This document shows, piece after piece, positions 9,150 through 21,173 of a DNA stretch of 64,000 bases. The stretch lies in NCBI GenBank assembly GCA_037481655.1, contig JBBFLF010000005.1, positions 9,981 to 73,980 of the forward strand, read 5' to 3'. The translations under genes were made by a program, and so were the position numbers. The DNA comes from Desulfobaccales bacterium. Its GTDB lineage: Bacteria > Desulfobacterota > Desulfobaccia > Desulfobaccales > 0-14-0-80-60-11. Below the pieces are notes generated by a model. It was not told the origin of the DNA. It saw only the letters and a list, made by a program, of their open reading frames with translations, and made no database searches. How positions within the stretch are numbered: position 1 is the first letter of the stretch; each line of letters begins with the position of its first letter.

Positions 9150-10257
9150 ATGCTCCCCGATCTTGCCGATACCCGCGGCCGTCTGAAAACCTTGCGGGAA
9201 AAACTCGTCCAGCTCCGAGGTCATCTTTGATCTGGAGGGGAAACAGGCCCGCATCCGGGAACTGGATGAGCTCATGGGCCGCCCCGGTTTTTGGGACGAC
9301 CCCAACGCCTCCGCCCCCCTCCTCAAGGAACGGGCGGCCCTCTTGGCCACCCTGGAGGACTTCCAGCGCCGGGAGCAGCAGGTGGAGGACCTGGAAGTGC
9401 TTCTGGAATTGGCCGCAGAAGAGGATGACGTCAAGGCCCTGGAGGAGGTCCACCGGGACCTGACGGCCCTGGAGCGGGACTTCCGCAACTGGGAGCTGCA
9501 GCTTCTCATGTCCGGCGAGGAGGATGAGAAAAACGCCATCATCACCATCCACGCCGGCGCCGGCGGCACCGAGGCCCAGGACTGGGCCGAGATGCTGCTC
9601 CGCATGTATCTGCGCTACGCCGAACGCAAGGGCTTCCACACCGAGACCATTGACCTGTTGCCCGGCGATGAGGCGGGGATCAAGAGTGTGACCTTCACCG
9701 CCTCGGGCCCCTATGCCTACGGCTATTTCAAGAGCGAAAACGGCATCCACCGGCTGGTGCGCATCTCGCCCTTCGACGCCAGCGGCCGGCGGCACACCTC
9801 CTTTGCAGCGGTGCAGGTGCTTCCGGAGGTGGATGAGCGCATCGAAGTGGAGATCAACGAGAAGGATCTGCGCATCGACACCTTCCGGGCCAGCGGTCCC
9901 GGCGGCCAGCACGTCAACAAGACCAGTTCGGCGGTGCGCATCACCCACCTGCCCACTGGAATTGTGGTCACCAGCCAGTCGGAGCGCTCCCAGCACCGCA
10001 ACCGGGAGCTGGCCATGAAGGTGCTCCGGGCCCGCCTCTACGACCTGGAGCGCCGCAAGCGGGAGGCCAAAAAGCAGGAGCTCCAGGAGGCCCAGAAGGA
10101 GATCGCCTGGGGCAGCCAGATCCGCTCCTACATCATGCAGCCCTACCGCCTCATCAAGGATCACCGCACCAAACATGAGGAGGGCAACGTGGAGGCGGTG
10201 CTGGACGGCGATCTGGACCCCTTTGTGGAGGCGTATCTCCTGCACCGGGAGGAATAA
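9150..10257 (+). CDS. prfB: Peptide chain release factor 2, translated via programmed +1 frameshift
   Basis: AAGGAGG + ATG at 9150; 26 codons ending CTT, then TGA (9228-9230); +1 frame continues DLEGKQ..FWDD..; SPF and GGQ motifs. Confidence 0.96.
9216..9231 (+). other. prfB +1 ribosomal frameshift site
   Basis: CGAGGTCATCTTTGAT: internal SD-like GAGG just upstream of CTT TGA. Confidence 0.92.
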
Positions 10258-10264
10258 GACGGCC

Positions 10265-10371
10265 CTTTAGGGGAGGGGGCCCAGAGGCCGACGGCCCCTG
10301 CCCCCTCGCCTGAACCCCTCCCCCAACCCCATATAGGGGGTGGGGATCCTGGGAGCTATCCGCTCCCCTGC
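10265..10371. repeat. Palindromic intergenic REP/MITE-like element
   Basis: GGGGAGGGGGC...CCCCTGCCCCCTC...CCCCAACCCCATATAGGGGGTGGGG between convergent prfB and trmFO. Confidence 0.65.
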
Positions 10372-11709
10372 TCACCCCTTAGAACCCAACCCCAAATCCT
10401 GCCGCCATCTCTCCAATTCCCCCAGCGCCCGGGCGGCATAGGCCCGGCCCCGCTCCCGTTTGGGGAGACGCCCGGGAAGCGGCGGAAAGAGCCCGAAATT
10501 CACGTTCATGGGCTGGAAATCCCGGCTGGCGGTGTTGGTGACATGGCTGATGAGGGCCCCCAGGGCCGTGGCCCGGGGCGGGGTGACCAGCGGCAACCCC
10601 CGGGCCAGGCGGGCGGCGTTGATCCCGGCCAAAAGCCCCATGGCGGCGGACTCCACATAGCCCTCCACCCCCGTAAGCTGCCCGGCCAGGAAGAGGCGGG
10701 GAAAGCGGAAGAAATTGAGATATTCGCTCACCAGCCCCGGGGAGCGGATGAAGGTGTTGCGGTGAATGGAGCCCAGGCGCACAAACTCAGCGTGCTCCAA
10801 TCCCGGAATGAGGCGAAAGACCCGCTCTTGAGCCCGGTAGGTGAGCTTGGTCTGAAAGCCCACGAGATTGTAGAGGGTGCCCTCCCGGTTTTCCGGTCTA
10901 AGCTGCACCACCGCAAAGGGCTGGCGGCCGGTCCTGGGGTCCACGAGCCCCACGGGCTTTAACGGCCCGTGCACCAGCGTGAGGTAGCCCCGGGCCGCCA
11001 TCACCTCAATGGGGAGGCAGCCCTCAAAATAGCGGGGCTCCTCAAAGTCCCTGAGCGGCACCTGCTCCGCCGCCATCAGGGCCTGGTAAAAGGCGGCGTA
11101 TTCCTCCTCGGTCATGGGACAGTTGAGGTAATCCTCCCCCGCCCCCCAGCGGGAGGCCCGGAAGATCTTGCTCATGTCCAGGCTCTCCGCGGTGACGATG
11201 GGCGCGATGGCGTCGTAAAAGTGGAGCTGCTCCTGGCCGGTGAGCTCCGCCAGGGCCCGGGCCAGGGGCTCCGAGGCCAACGGCCCCGCGGCCACGATGG
11301 TGAGGCGCTCCGGATCCAGGGCCGTCACCTCCTCCCGGAGGATGGTGACCTGCGGCTCCGCCTCCAGCGCCCGGGTGAGGAAGGCGGCAAAGGCCTCCCG
11401 GTCCACCGCCAGGGCCTTGCCCGCCGGCACCCGGGTGGCGTCCGCCGCCCGCATGACCAGCGAATCCAGCCGGCGCATCTCTTCTTTGAGCAGTCCCACC
11501 GCCGTTTCCACCTCCGCGGAGCGCAAGGAATTGCTGCACACCAGCTCCCCCAAGAGGGGGGAACGGTGGGCCGGCGAAAATTTGCCGGGCTTCATCTCGT
11601 AGAGACGGACCGGCACCCTGAGCCTCGCCGCCTGCCAGGCCGCCTCCACTCCGGCCAGGCCGCCGCCGATGATGGTGAGGTCGGGGAACACGAGGGCGTC
11701 TGGCATCAT
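10372..11709 (-). CDS. trmFO: Folate/FAD-dependent tRNA m5U54 methyltransferase
   Basis: [55 protein letters not shown]. Confidence 0.96.
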   Translation of the reverse strand: MMPDALVFPDLTIIGGGLAGVEAAWQAARLRVPVRLYEMKPGKFSPAHRSPLLGELVCSNSLRSAEVETAVGLLKEEMRRLDSLVMRAADATRVPAGKALAVDREAFAAFLTRALEAEPQVTILREEVTALDPERLTIVAAGPLASEPLARALAELTGQEQLHFYDAIAPIVTAESLDMSKIFRASRWGAGEDYLNCPMTEEEYAAFYQALMAAEQVPLRDFEEPRYFEGCLPIEVMAARGYLTLVHGPLKPVGLVDPRTGRQPFAVVQLRPENREGTLYNLVGFQTKLTYRAQERVFRLIPGLEHAEFVRLGSIHRNTFIRSPGLVSEYLNFFRFPRLFLAGQLTGVEGYVESAAMGLLAGINAARLARGLPLVTPPRATALGALISHVTNTASRDFQPMNVNFGLFPPLPGRLPKRERGRAYAARALGELERWRQDLGLGSKG

Positions 11710-11986
11710 AAGAGAGCGTCGGTTAGGCGAAGGAAACGGGGCACAGAGCTTGGGGGAGAGGAGGCCAGGAAGCCGGACTCCCTGACCCCTCTCCCCCTTT
11801 ATTTTACGCCGATTGGGGGATGAGCCTGGGTCTTCTCACAGGGAACAACATGCAGCCCGCTTTTCCACATAAAGAGGCAGGTCCGCTATCTTGGCATTGA
11901 CGGAAACGCACAGGAAAAAATCTGGCACCAATCTTTGGCGTCTTCCCAGATGACTTCCCGGCCTCACCCCGGTGTCACCCCGGCTG

Positions 11987-14116
11987 TTATTCGTTCACCG
12001 CCTCAGGGATGGCGGTTTCGCTGTAGCCGCAGGCCTCCCGGGGGCAGGCAAGCTTCCGCCCCTTTTTTGCCATCCAGGGAAAATCGCACTCCGGGCAGGG
12101 TTGCCGCACCGGCTCCTTGTTCAGGAGAAAGCGGCACTCGGGATAGCGGTTGCAGCCGTAAAAGGCCCCCCGGCGGGAGCGCCGCTTCACCAGGGTGCCG
12201 CTGCAGCCCTCCTGCGGGCAGGGCAGGTCCCCGGCACTGTCAGGGGGCAACAGGACCAGCTGCCCCCGGGCATCCACCGTGAAGTTGGCCGTGAAGGTGC
12301 AGGCAGGGTAGGCCGAGCAGCCCACGAACTCGCCGTTTTTCCCCCAGCGCACCACCAGCTCGGCGCCGCAGGAGGGGCAGGAAAGACCGGTGGGCACCCG
12401 CTTCACCGCCGGCATGGCCGCTTTGGCCCGCTCCAGCTGCTCACTGAAGGGGCCGTAAAAATCCCGGAGAAGCTGGCGCCAGGGGAGTTCCGCCTCGGCG
12501 ATGCGGTCCAGGTCGGACTCCATGCGGGCGGTGAATCTGGTGTCCATGATGTCCGGAAAGTTCTCCACCAGAAGATCACTCACCACCATACCCAGGCGGG
12601 TGGGCCGCAGGCCGGACTTCTCCTTGACGACGTAATTGCGGTCCTGCAGGTTGCTTAAGATGGTGGCGTAGGTGGAGGGCCGGCCGATGCCCTGGACCTC
12701 CAGCTCCCTAATCAGGCTGGCCTCGGTGAACCGGGGCGGCGGCTTGGTGAAATGGCGCTGGGGATCGACATCCTTCAGCTCCAGCACCTCCCCGACCTCG
12801 AGCGGCGGCAGCTTGGCCTCGGGCTCCTGTTCTGTGGCCTGCAATTCCGGCGTCTCCTGATACAGCAGGGTGAAGCCGGGAAACTCCAGCACCGAGGCGC
12901 TGGCCCGGAAGAGATAGTCCCCGGCCGTCACCTCCACGGTGGTTACCTGATACAGGGCCGGCGCCATCTGGCTGGCCACGAAGCGCCGCCAGATGAGCTC
13001 ATAGAGGGCCAGTTCGTCCTTGCTCAAAAACGCCTTGACCGTCTCCGGCTTCCGGAAGACGCTGGTGGGCCGGATGGCCTCATGGGCCTCCTGGGCCCCT
13101 TTGGGGCTCTTGTAGCGGGGCGGACTCTTGGGCAGATACGGCGGCCCGAAGCTCTCCCCGATGAATTGCCGGGCCTCCTCCACCGCATCTTGGGCCACCC
13201 GGGTGGAATCGGTGCGCATGTAGGTGATGAGCCCCACCGGCCCTTCCTCCCCCAGCTCCACCCCTTCGTAGAGGCGCTGGGCCACCAGCATGGTCTTTTT
13301 GGGGGGGAAGCGCAGCTTGCGGTTGGCCTCCATCTGCAGACTGCTGGTGATGAAAGGGGGAGCCGGATGCCGGCGCTGGGGCCGGCGCGCCACCTTGCTC
13401 ACCTGGAAGACGGCCCCCTCCAGGGCTTCCAGGATCTCATCCACCTGGGCGGCGCTGGCAATCTTGAGCTCTTTTCCCTGGTACTGCACCAGCCGGGCTT
13501 CAAAGGCCGGGGGCTGGGCCGCGGCCAGACAGGCTGCGAGCGACCAGTACTCCTCCGGCACAAAGGCGGCGATGGCCCTCTCCCGGTCCACCACCAGCCT
13601 GAGGGCCACCGACTGCACCCGGCCGGCGGACAGCCCGGTCTTCACCTTCTTCCAGAGCAGGGGGCTGATCTGGTAGCCCACCAGCCGGTCCAGAATGCGC
13701 CGGGCCTGCTGGGATTCGTAGCGGGGCCGGTTCAGGGGCACCGGGTGGGCCAGGGCCTCCCGGATCCCCTTGGGGGTGAGCTCCATGAGCAGCACCCGGT
13801 GGAAGCGGTGGTCGTTTTCCCCCAACGCCTCGGCAATGTGCCAGGCGATGGCCTCCCCCTCCCGGTCCGGGTCCGGCCCGAGGTAGATATCCCGGACGCC
13901 CGCCGCCGCCTTTTTCAGCTCCTGAATGACCTTGGCCTTGCCCAGGATGGTGACGTAGGTGGGCTCAAAGTCCCGCTTGATATCCACCCCCAGCTCGTTT
14001 TTGGGCAGATCCCGGATATGCCCCTTGCTGGAGCGCACCACAAAATCGCCCCCCAGATACTTCTGCAGGGTCTTGGCCTTGGTGGGGGATTCCACAATGA
14101 GAAGGGATTTGGACAT
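11987..14116 (-). CDS. topA: DNA topoisomerase I (type IA) with C-terminal zinc ribbons
   Basis: LIVESPTKAKT, DPDREGEAI, SAGRVQS, LITYMRTDS, GIGRPSTY, C4 zinc fingers. Confidence 0.97.
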   Translation of the reverse strand: MSKSLLIVESPTKAKTLQKYLGGDFVVRSSKGHIRDLPKNELGVDIKRDFEPTYVTILGKAKVIQELKKAAAGVRDIYLGPDPDREGEAIAWHIAEALGENDHRFHRVLLMELTPKGIREALAHPVPLNRPRYESQQARRILDRLVGYQISPLLWKKVKTGLSAGRVQSVALRLVVDRERAIAAFVPEEYWSLAACLAAAQPPAFEARLVQYQGKELKIASAAQVDEILEALEGAVFQVSKVARRPQRRHPAPPFITSSLQMEANRKLRFPPKKTMLVAQRLYEGVELGEEGPVGLITYMRTDSTRVAQDAVEEARQFIGESFGPPYLPKSPPRYKSPKGAQEAHEAIRPTSVFRKPETVKAFLSKDELALYELIWRRFVASQMAPALYQVTTVEVTAGDYLFRASASVLEFPGFTLLYQETPELQATEQEPEAKLPPLEVGEVLELKDVDPQRHFTKPPPRFTEASLIRELEVQGIGRPSTYATILSNLQDRNYVVKEKSGLRPTRLGMVVSDLLVENFPDIMDTRFTARMESDLDRIAEAELPWRQLLRDFYGPFSEQLERAKAAMPAVKRVPTGLSCPSCGAELVVRWGKNGEFVGCSAYPACTFTANFTVDARGQLVLLPPDSAGDLPCPQEGCSGTLVKRRSRRGAFYGCNRYPECRFLLNKEPVRQPCPECDFPWMAKKGRKLACPREACGYSETAIPEAVNE

Positions 14117-14393
14117 ATTGCAGTAGCCATACAGGCCCGAAGCCTGTGACGTGTTCTCCTCAAAATAAAATTCCCGAAATGAAACGGGTCAGGGGCTCCC
14201 AGGAGCGGGATGATCTGTCGCCCGCCGCGATGAGCTCCTCTTCCGGCAGGCCGACGGCAGCCGGCATCAGCTTAGGGGCCAGGAATTATCATGACCGCGA
14301 CGGGAGGGAAAAGCAAGGGGTGGCCTCCCCCGCCCCCTTCCCCCCTGCAACCGATGTCACACTTTCCCCCCTGCCCGACGGCCGCCCGCCCCC

Positions 14394-15104
14394 TCAGTCC
14401 GCCTCCAGGTCCTCCAGACCCAGGTCGCTCTCCAGGAGCAGGCGGATTTCCGCCTCCCTGAGGGCCGCAGCAGCCCGGGACAGGCGGACGATCTCCTCAT
14501 CCGGCAGGCAGCGCACTTCACCGGACCCCACCTGCCAGACATCAATGGGCGGACCCAGGCCATAGGCGTCCACGGCGATGGCCTCCTCCATGACCTTGTA
14601 GGCCAGGATGGCGGCCCGGTCCAGGGACAAGGGGCGCCCCTGGTATTTGCGCAGCAGGGCATAGGCAAAGAGATCCCCGGAGCCCAGGGCGAAGGGGGCT
14701 TCCTGGATCCACTCCGGCACCCCGTCCACTGTGATGTGCAGGATGCGGGGGGCGCCGTCAAATTCGGCGAAAACAAAATCCGCCGGGTGCAGTTTCAGCA
14801 GGGTGTCCGGGTCCTGGGAAAAGAAGCTGGTGCGGAAATCCAGATTGATGAGCTCGGTGGCGCACTGCTTCACCAGCATGCCGATGTCGTCCCGCAAAGA
14901 CGCCAGAGAGCGCCCCCGGGGAAGCGCGCCGATGCGCTCCGCCACCCGCTGGATGAGGGCCAGCTCGCCGGAGGCGGCCCAGGCCAGGCGGCCGTTCACC
15001 TCAAAAATCTTCTTGCCCGGCACCCGCACCAGGCCGGTGGTCACCTGGCCGTCCGAGGCCAGGACCACGCCGTCCACCGCCGGGATGGCCACGATCAGAG
15101 TCAT
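14394..15104 (-). CDS. Proteasome beta-subunit-like Ntn hydrolase
   Basis: (M)TLIVAIPAVDGVVLASDGQ..KKIF..ASGE..ALGSG..VD: Thr1, Asp17, Lys and GSG motifs of the T1 peptidase fold. Confidence 0.8.
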   Translation of the reverse strand: MTLIVAIPAVDGVVLASDGQVTTGLVRVPGKKIFEVNGRLAWAASGELALIQRVAERIGALPRGRSLASLRDDIGMLVKQCATELINLDFRTSFFSQDPDTLLKLHPADFVFAEFDGAPRILHITVDGVPEWIQEAPFALGSGDLFAYALLRKYQGRPLSLDRAAILAYKVMEEAIAVDAYGLGPPIDVWQVGSGEVRCLPDEEIVRLSRAAAALREAEIRLLLESDLGLEDLEAD

Positions 15105-15471
15105 CTGCCTTCGCCCGCCCCCTCCTGCGCCCTCTTCTATATCGGCATCATAGCAACTGAATTCAAGGCTGGAAGGAAAATTTCGCCTGAGGCCCCGAGA
15201 CCTAAGCTTACCTGTCCTTTATACTCCCTTGCACGCCTCTGTAAAGGGCGGAAGCCGTTCTCCATTTGGCCTTGACCCCTCGCTGTCGGCGAAGGCTGCA
15301 AGAACTTTGAAGAAAAAGGCCACCGGGCAACGGGCCGCTCCGGCTTAGGCCCTCCTCCCTCAAGCGGAACCTGACTGCGATTTCTTCCCGCTGCAGGAGA
15401 AATGGGGGAAGGTCGGAGGCAAGGGCCGGTTTCCCGGGAATAATCGGACGTTCCTTTTTACTGTCCGGCTC

Positions 15472-16620
15472 TCAGGAGGCCAGGACGTAGCACTTCCCCG
15501 GCAGTTCCCGGATGAGGCCCTGGAGCTCCAGCAGAGTGAGGCGGCTTAAGACCTCTTGCGCCGGCAGCCGGGATAGGCCCACCAGCTCCTCCAATTGCAG
15601 GGGCTCTGAGCCCAAAAAGGGGAGCAGGGGATCATCCACCCGAGGGAATCCCGGCCGTGCCGGCGGGGGCGGCGGCGGCCCGGAGGAGGGCACCCGGTCT
15701 TGTCCGGGGCTCGGCCGCCTCTCCCACGGGGGGAGCTCCGCCAGGATGTCCGCCGCCTCCCGGGCCAGCTTGGCCCCCTGCTGAAGGAGCCTGAGCGGCC
15801 CCTGGCTGGTGGGGGCGTCCGCCGGTCCCGGCACCGCCAGCACCTCCCGCCCCTGGTCCAGGGCATACTGCACCGTGATATAGGTGCCGCTTCGGGCCGC
15901 GGCCTCCACCACCACCACCGCCTGGGCCAGGCCGCTGATGAGCCGGTTGCGGATGGGAAAGTTCCGGGCCTCGGGCGGGGTCCCCAGGGGAAACTCGCTC
16001 ACCAAGGCTCCGACTACCGGGATTTTATCGTAATATTCTTTATTTTCCGGGGGATAGACCACATCCAGGCCGCAGCCCAGGACCGCCACGGTGGGCCCGC
16101 CGGCCTCCAGGGCCCCCGCATGGGCGGCGGTGTCGATGCCCCGGGCCAGGCCGCTCACCACCGTCACCCCTGCCTCGGCCAGTTCCCGGGCCAGCCGCCG
16201 GCTCATGCGCAGCCCGTAGCGGCTGGCCTGCCGGGTGCCCACCAGCGCCACCGCCGGCCCCTCACAGACGGAGAGGTCCCCCTGCACAAACAAAAAAGGA
16301 GGTGGATAAGGAATCTCCCGCAGGCGGGAGGGAAAATCCGCCGCCGCCAGGGTGACCAGCCGCATCCCCCGGGCCGAGAGGCGCAGGAGCTCCCCCTCCC
16401 AGCGGTCCCAGTCCCGGAAGCCGGTGATGGCTGCGGCCACCGCCGGGGTCACCCCCTTGACGGCCCGCAGCTCACTTTCCGGGGCCGCAAAGACCGCCGC
16501 CGGGTCACCGAAGGCGGCCAGCAGGCGCTGAAACAGCACCAGCCCCACCCCGGGGATGGCCCGCAACGCCAGCCAGGGGAGCTGGGCCAGGAGGTCGTCT
16601 TGGGCCTGTTCGCTCACCAT
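15472..16620 (-). CDS. dprA: DNA-processing protein DprA
   Basis: ALVGTR, VVSGLARGIDTAAH, FPIRNRLISGL, VVEAAARSG, C-terminal winged helix LELQG. Confidence 0.95.
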   Translation of the reverse strand: MVSEQAQDDLLAQLPWLALRAIPGVGLVLFQRLLAAFGDPAAVFAAPESELRAVKGVTPAVAAAITGFRDWDRWEGELLRLSARGMRLVTLAAADFPSRLREIPYPPPFLFVQGDLSVCEGPAVALVGTRQASRYGLRMSRRLARELAEAGVTVVSGLARGIDTAAHAGALEAGGPTVAVLGCGLDVVYPPENKEYYDKIPVVGALVSEFPLGTPPEARNFPIRNRLISGLAQAVVVVEAAARSGTYITVQYALDQGREVLAVPGPADAPTSQGPLRLLQQGAKLAREAADILAELPPWERRPSPGQDRVPSSGPPPPPPARPGFPRVDDPLLPFLGSEPLQLEELVGLSRLPAQEVLSRLTLLELQGLIRELPGKCYVLAS

Positions 16621-16892
16621 CGACAGGAGACAGGTGCGGCAAGGTTTTGGGCAGAAAGGCTGGGAGCGCGGGTGGCTTTGCCCTTTCCCTCCCGCCTCCG
16701 CGCGACCGGGGAAATCGAACCCAACATTAAGAGTGGGGGAGCGGGGAGGGAAAGGCAGACGCCCCCTGCCCTATGGTCCCCTCATGCAAAATTATCTGCC
16801 AAAGTTACCGGCACCCGGGAAAAAAGTTCACCCCCTCCGGAACTTCACCCTTGACGGCGCCGGCCTTTCGTCACCGGGGTCTTTCCTGCGCC

Positions 16893-17261
16893 TCAGTCGG
16901 ACTCGGCATGATAATGGCAAAAGACCCGGGAAATCAGCCCCTCGGCATTCAGGAACATCACGTCGGCCGCCATGACCTCATCGGCGCCGCGATAGACCAC
17001 CACCAGGCTGCTGACTCCGGCCAACACCTGGAGCACGGTGACGCTCAGGTCCGGAAACAGAGACAGCCCCAGGGTGAAATACATCCGCAGGTTCTCTTTC
17101 CCCTTGAGGGTGCCGCCGGGGTCATGGAGCAGCTGCACCACAAAAGGCGAGGTGAGCTCCACCTCTGGAGCATAGAGGGTCAGGAGGGCCTCCAGGTCCC
17201 GGTGGTTGATGGCTTGGGCCCAGGTGGCCGCCAGCTTCTCGGCCTGGCTGTGGGTCAGCAT
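16893..17261 (-). CDS. NTF2/SnoaL-like domain protein
   Basis: WAQAINHRDLEALLTLYAPEVELTSP..GKENLRMYF; starts immediately after the dynamin-like gene stop. Confidence 0.8.
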   Translation of the reverse strand: MLTHSQAEKLAATWAQAINHRDLEALLTLYAPEVELTSPFVVQLLHDPGGTLKGKENLRMYFTLGLSLFPDLSVTVLQVLAGVSSLVVVYRGADEVMAADVMFLNAEGLISRVFCHYHAESD

Positions 17262-17263
17262 CC

Positions 17264-19483
17264 TCACCCCCGTTTCGCCGCCGCGGCCAGCGAGGTCAGC
17301 CGGGCCTCCACCAGCCGCACCCGAGGGGCCAGGGAGTCCAGGCGGCGCCGCCGCCCCTCCCGGTCCGCCTCCCCGTGGCTCAAGGCCTGGGTGAGGCCTT
17401 CCAGGTCGGTGAGGAGGCTTTTCAGCTGCCTGTCCAGGCTCTCCTCCACCCCCCGGGCCAGCTCCTCCACCAGGGGCAGGAAATAGCGGAACTTCAGCCG
17501 CTCCCCGAAGTCCACCAGCTGGACCTTGAGCTCCTCCCGCACCCAGTGGCGGATGGCGGCCAGCGCCCGGCGCAGGTCCCGCTCCGCCTGCTGGCGCGGC
17601 TCGAGGCTGCCCCAGCCCACCTTGGCCTTGAACCGCTGCCAGAGGTGTTCCAGCACCCCTACTCCGGAGCGCAGCCAGACCTCCCCGGCCCAGCGCCAGC
17701 CCGGTTCCAGGGTGAAGGACAGAAGCGGCACCTCCAAATTCGCCGGCCGGGGCGGCAACTCCAGTTTCAGACCGGGGGGCTGCCCCGGCAGGCCCAGGGC
17801 GGCGGTTTCCTGATAGTACAAGGCCAGGGTCTCCTCCAGAGCCACGACCAGGGGCTCACAGAGGCGATGCAGCTCCTGGCGCAGCCACTCCTCCTGGCGA
17901 TGGACAAATTCCACCACCTGCAGGTTGAATTCCCCCCCCGTCAGTTTGAGGAGTTCCTGTTGAAACTCCTGAAACAGCCGGTAGAGTTTGACCCGAAGCG
18001 GTTCCTCCGGGCCGGACAGGAGGCGCTCCCAATCCGGCTCGTAGTTGAGCACGAAACTGAGGAGGGAGGCCTCCCGGCTGCCCTGCTCATAGAGGAAGGC
18101 GTCCACCCGGTGCTTAAGCTCCGTTCCCAGATGGCGGGTGGCGCCCTCCAGGGTCTGATGCAGGCTGGCCCGGACCGCGGTGAGGGGCTGGCGCCGGGCC
18201 TGGAGCTTGGCCGCCAGCTCCCGGTAAGCCCCGGCATCCCGGTCCAGGAGCCGCCGGGCCCAGTCCACCTGCTCCGCCAAGCCCCGGGCCACCATGAGCA
18301 CCTGGGAGATGGCCCCCCCGGCCAGCCGCCGGGCCCGCACCTCCTCCACCGCCTGGCGGAAGAGGCCGTGAAACTCCTCCCAGCCCCGCCGGCTCAGCTC
18401 ACTCTTGCCCTGGTCCGCCTGCAGCAGGGCCAGCAGGGCCTCCTCCTGGGGGTCGAGGTCGCCGGCTTCCCGCCGCCGCGCCAGGAGCACCTGCAGGGCG
18501 GAAAAGGCGCACAGCGTCGGTTCGGGCACCCAGGGGGCCAGTTCCCGGCGCACCCGGGTCATGAGGGCCTCGCAGTCGGCGGCATCTCTATGGTCTGCCA
18601 GGTCCAGATTGAGGACAAAGATGAGGTGTTCCCCCAGCCCCATGCGCCTCAGTTCCTGGAGGAACTGGAAGTCCGCCTGCCTGAGCCCCATGCGGGAGCT
18701 GATGACATAGAGGGCCAGGTCACATTTCAGGAGGTAGGCCAGCACCTGGGTGAGATGCTGGGGCAGGGGCGAGTCGCTCCCCTGGCAGTCCCCCAGCTCC
18801 AACCAAGGGGGGAGATCCGGCGCCGGCAGGGTGAGGAGGGCGTCCGCCAGGTACACCGCCAGCTCCTCCCGGGTCACCAGCTCCTGGTGGCGCTGCACCT
18901 CCGGGCCGCTCAGCTCCAGAGACCCCCGGGCCAGGGCCTCCTCCACCTGGCCATAGCCCGCCAGATAGGCGGAGAGCAGCACATAATTCTGGTTGAGGCT
19001 GCCGTTGGCCCACAGGGAGGCCGCTTCCTGGCCGGCCAGGATCTGCTCCAAAAGCTCCCGGTCCTGGGGCCGGCTGAGGTCGAAGGGCTCCGGATGATTC
19101 TCCAGGCGGACATCCGGCAGGAAGTTCAGGGCCTGCTGGATCTCCCCGGCGATGAGGTCCGGGTCCTTGAAAAGCAACAGGGCCTTCTCCTCCGGCCCGG
19201 GCCGGACCCGGGTGATCATGGCGGTGAGGATGCCGGCGCCCCTTTTAAGCACCTCCCGGCCCATGAGGGCATTGACCAGGGTGCTCTTGCCGGATTTCAC
19301 CGCGCCCACCACCGCCACCCGCACCACTTCTTCGGCCAGGTGCGCCTGGACCTCCGTGAGCACGTGCCGCCAATGGCGGGACTGCTCCGCCGCCTGGGGA
19401 AAGAGGCCCTGCCAATCCTGCGTCAGCTCCAGAAGGTGGGTGATCTCCCCGGCCAACTCGCCGGGAGGGGCGGTGACAGACAA
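17264..19483 (-). CDS. Bacterial dynamin-like GTPase
   Basis: VAVVGAVKSGKSTLVNAL P-loop, ILTA (G2), DCQG (G3), long helical C-terminal region; 739 aa. Confidence 0.8.
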   Translation of the reverse strand: MSVTAPPGELAGEITHLLELTQDWQGLFPQAAEQSRHWRHVLTEVQAHLAEEVVRVAVVGAVKSGKSTLVNALMGREVLKRGAGILTAMITRVRPGPEEKALLLFKDPDLIAGEIQQALNFLPDVRLENHPEPFDLSRPQDRELLEQILAGQEAASLWANGSLNQNYVLLSAYLAGYGQVEEALARGSLELSGPEVQRHQELVTREELAVYLADALLTLPAPDLPPWLELGDCQGSDSPLPQHLTQVLAYLLKCDLALYVISSRMGLRQADFQFLQELRRMGLGEHLIFVLNLDLADHRDAADCEALMTRVRRELAPWVPEPTLCAFSALQVLLARRREAGDLDPQEEALLALLQADQGKSELSRRGWEEFHGLFRQAVEEVRARRLAGGAISQVLMVARGLAEQVDWARRLLDRDAGAYRELAAKLQARRQPLTAVRASLHQTLEGATRHLGTELKHRVDAFLYEQGSREASLLSFVLNYEPDWERLLSGPEEPLRVKLYRLFQEFQQELLKLTGGEFNLQVVEFVHRQEEWLRQELHRLCEPLVVALEETLALYYQETAALGLPGQPPGLKLELPPRPANLEVPLLSFTLEPGWRWAGEVWLRSGVGVLEHLWQRFKAKVGWGSLEPRQQAERDLRRALAAIRHWVREELKVQLVDFGERLKFRYFLPLVEELARGVEESLDRQLKSLLTDLEGLTQALSHGEADREGRRRRLDSLAPRVRLVEARLTSLAAAAKRG

Positions 19484-19587
19484 AGCTTTTCTCCGGATGG
19501 GTGATCTGCTGTTATTCGGGGTGGGAAGGGGATGCTTAAGGCAAGGCTTTTAGCCCTGTGCTCCTCCTACATCCCCCTCGAGAGCCG

Positions 19588-21103
<1,516 letters not shown>

Positions 21104-21173
21104 CTACCGTCCTCAGGTCCCCATCTCCCCCTGGCATAGTGCAAATCTGTCGCCCTTAGTCCCCTGCCCCGCC

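Noticed and set aside
11923..11938. Sigma54 promoter TGGCACCAATCTTTGG
   Set aside because: The -12 GC is missing and it points antisense into topA
14394..15104. Calling the Ntn hydrolase hslV
   Set aside because: Too long, lacks the TTI start typical of HslV, and no hslU is adjacent
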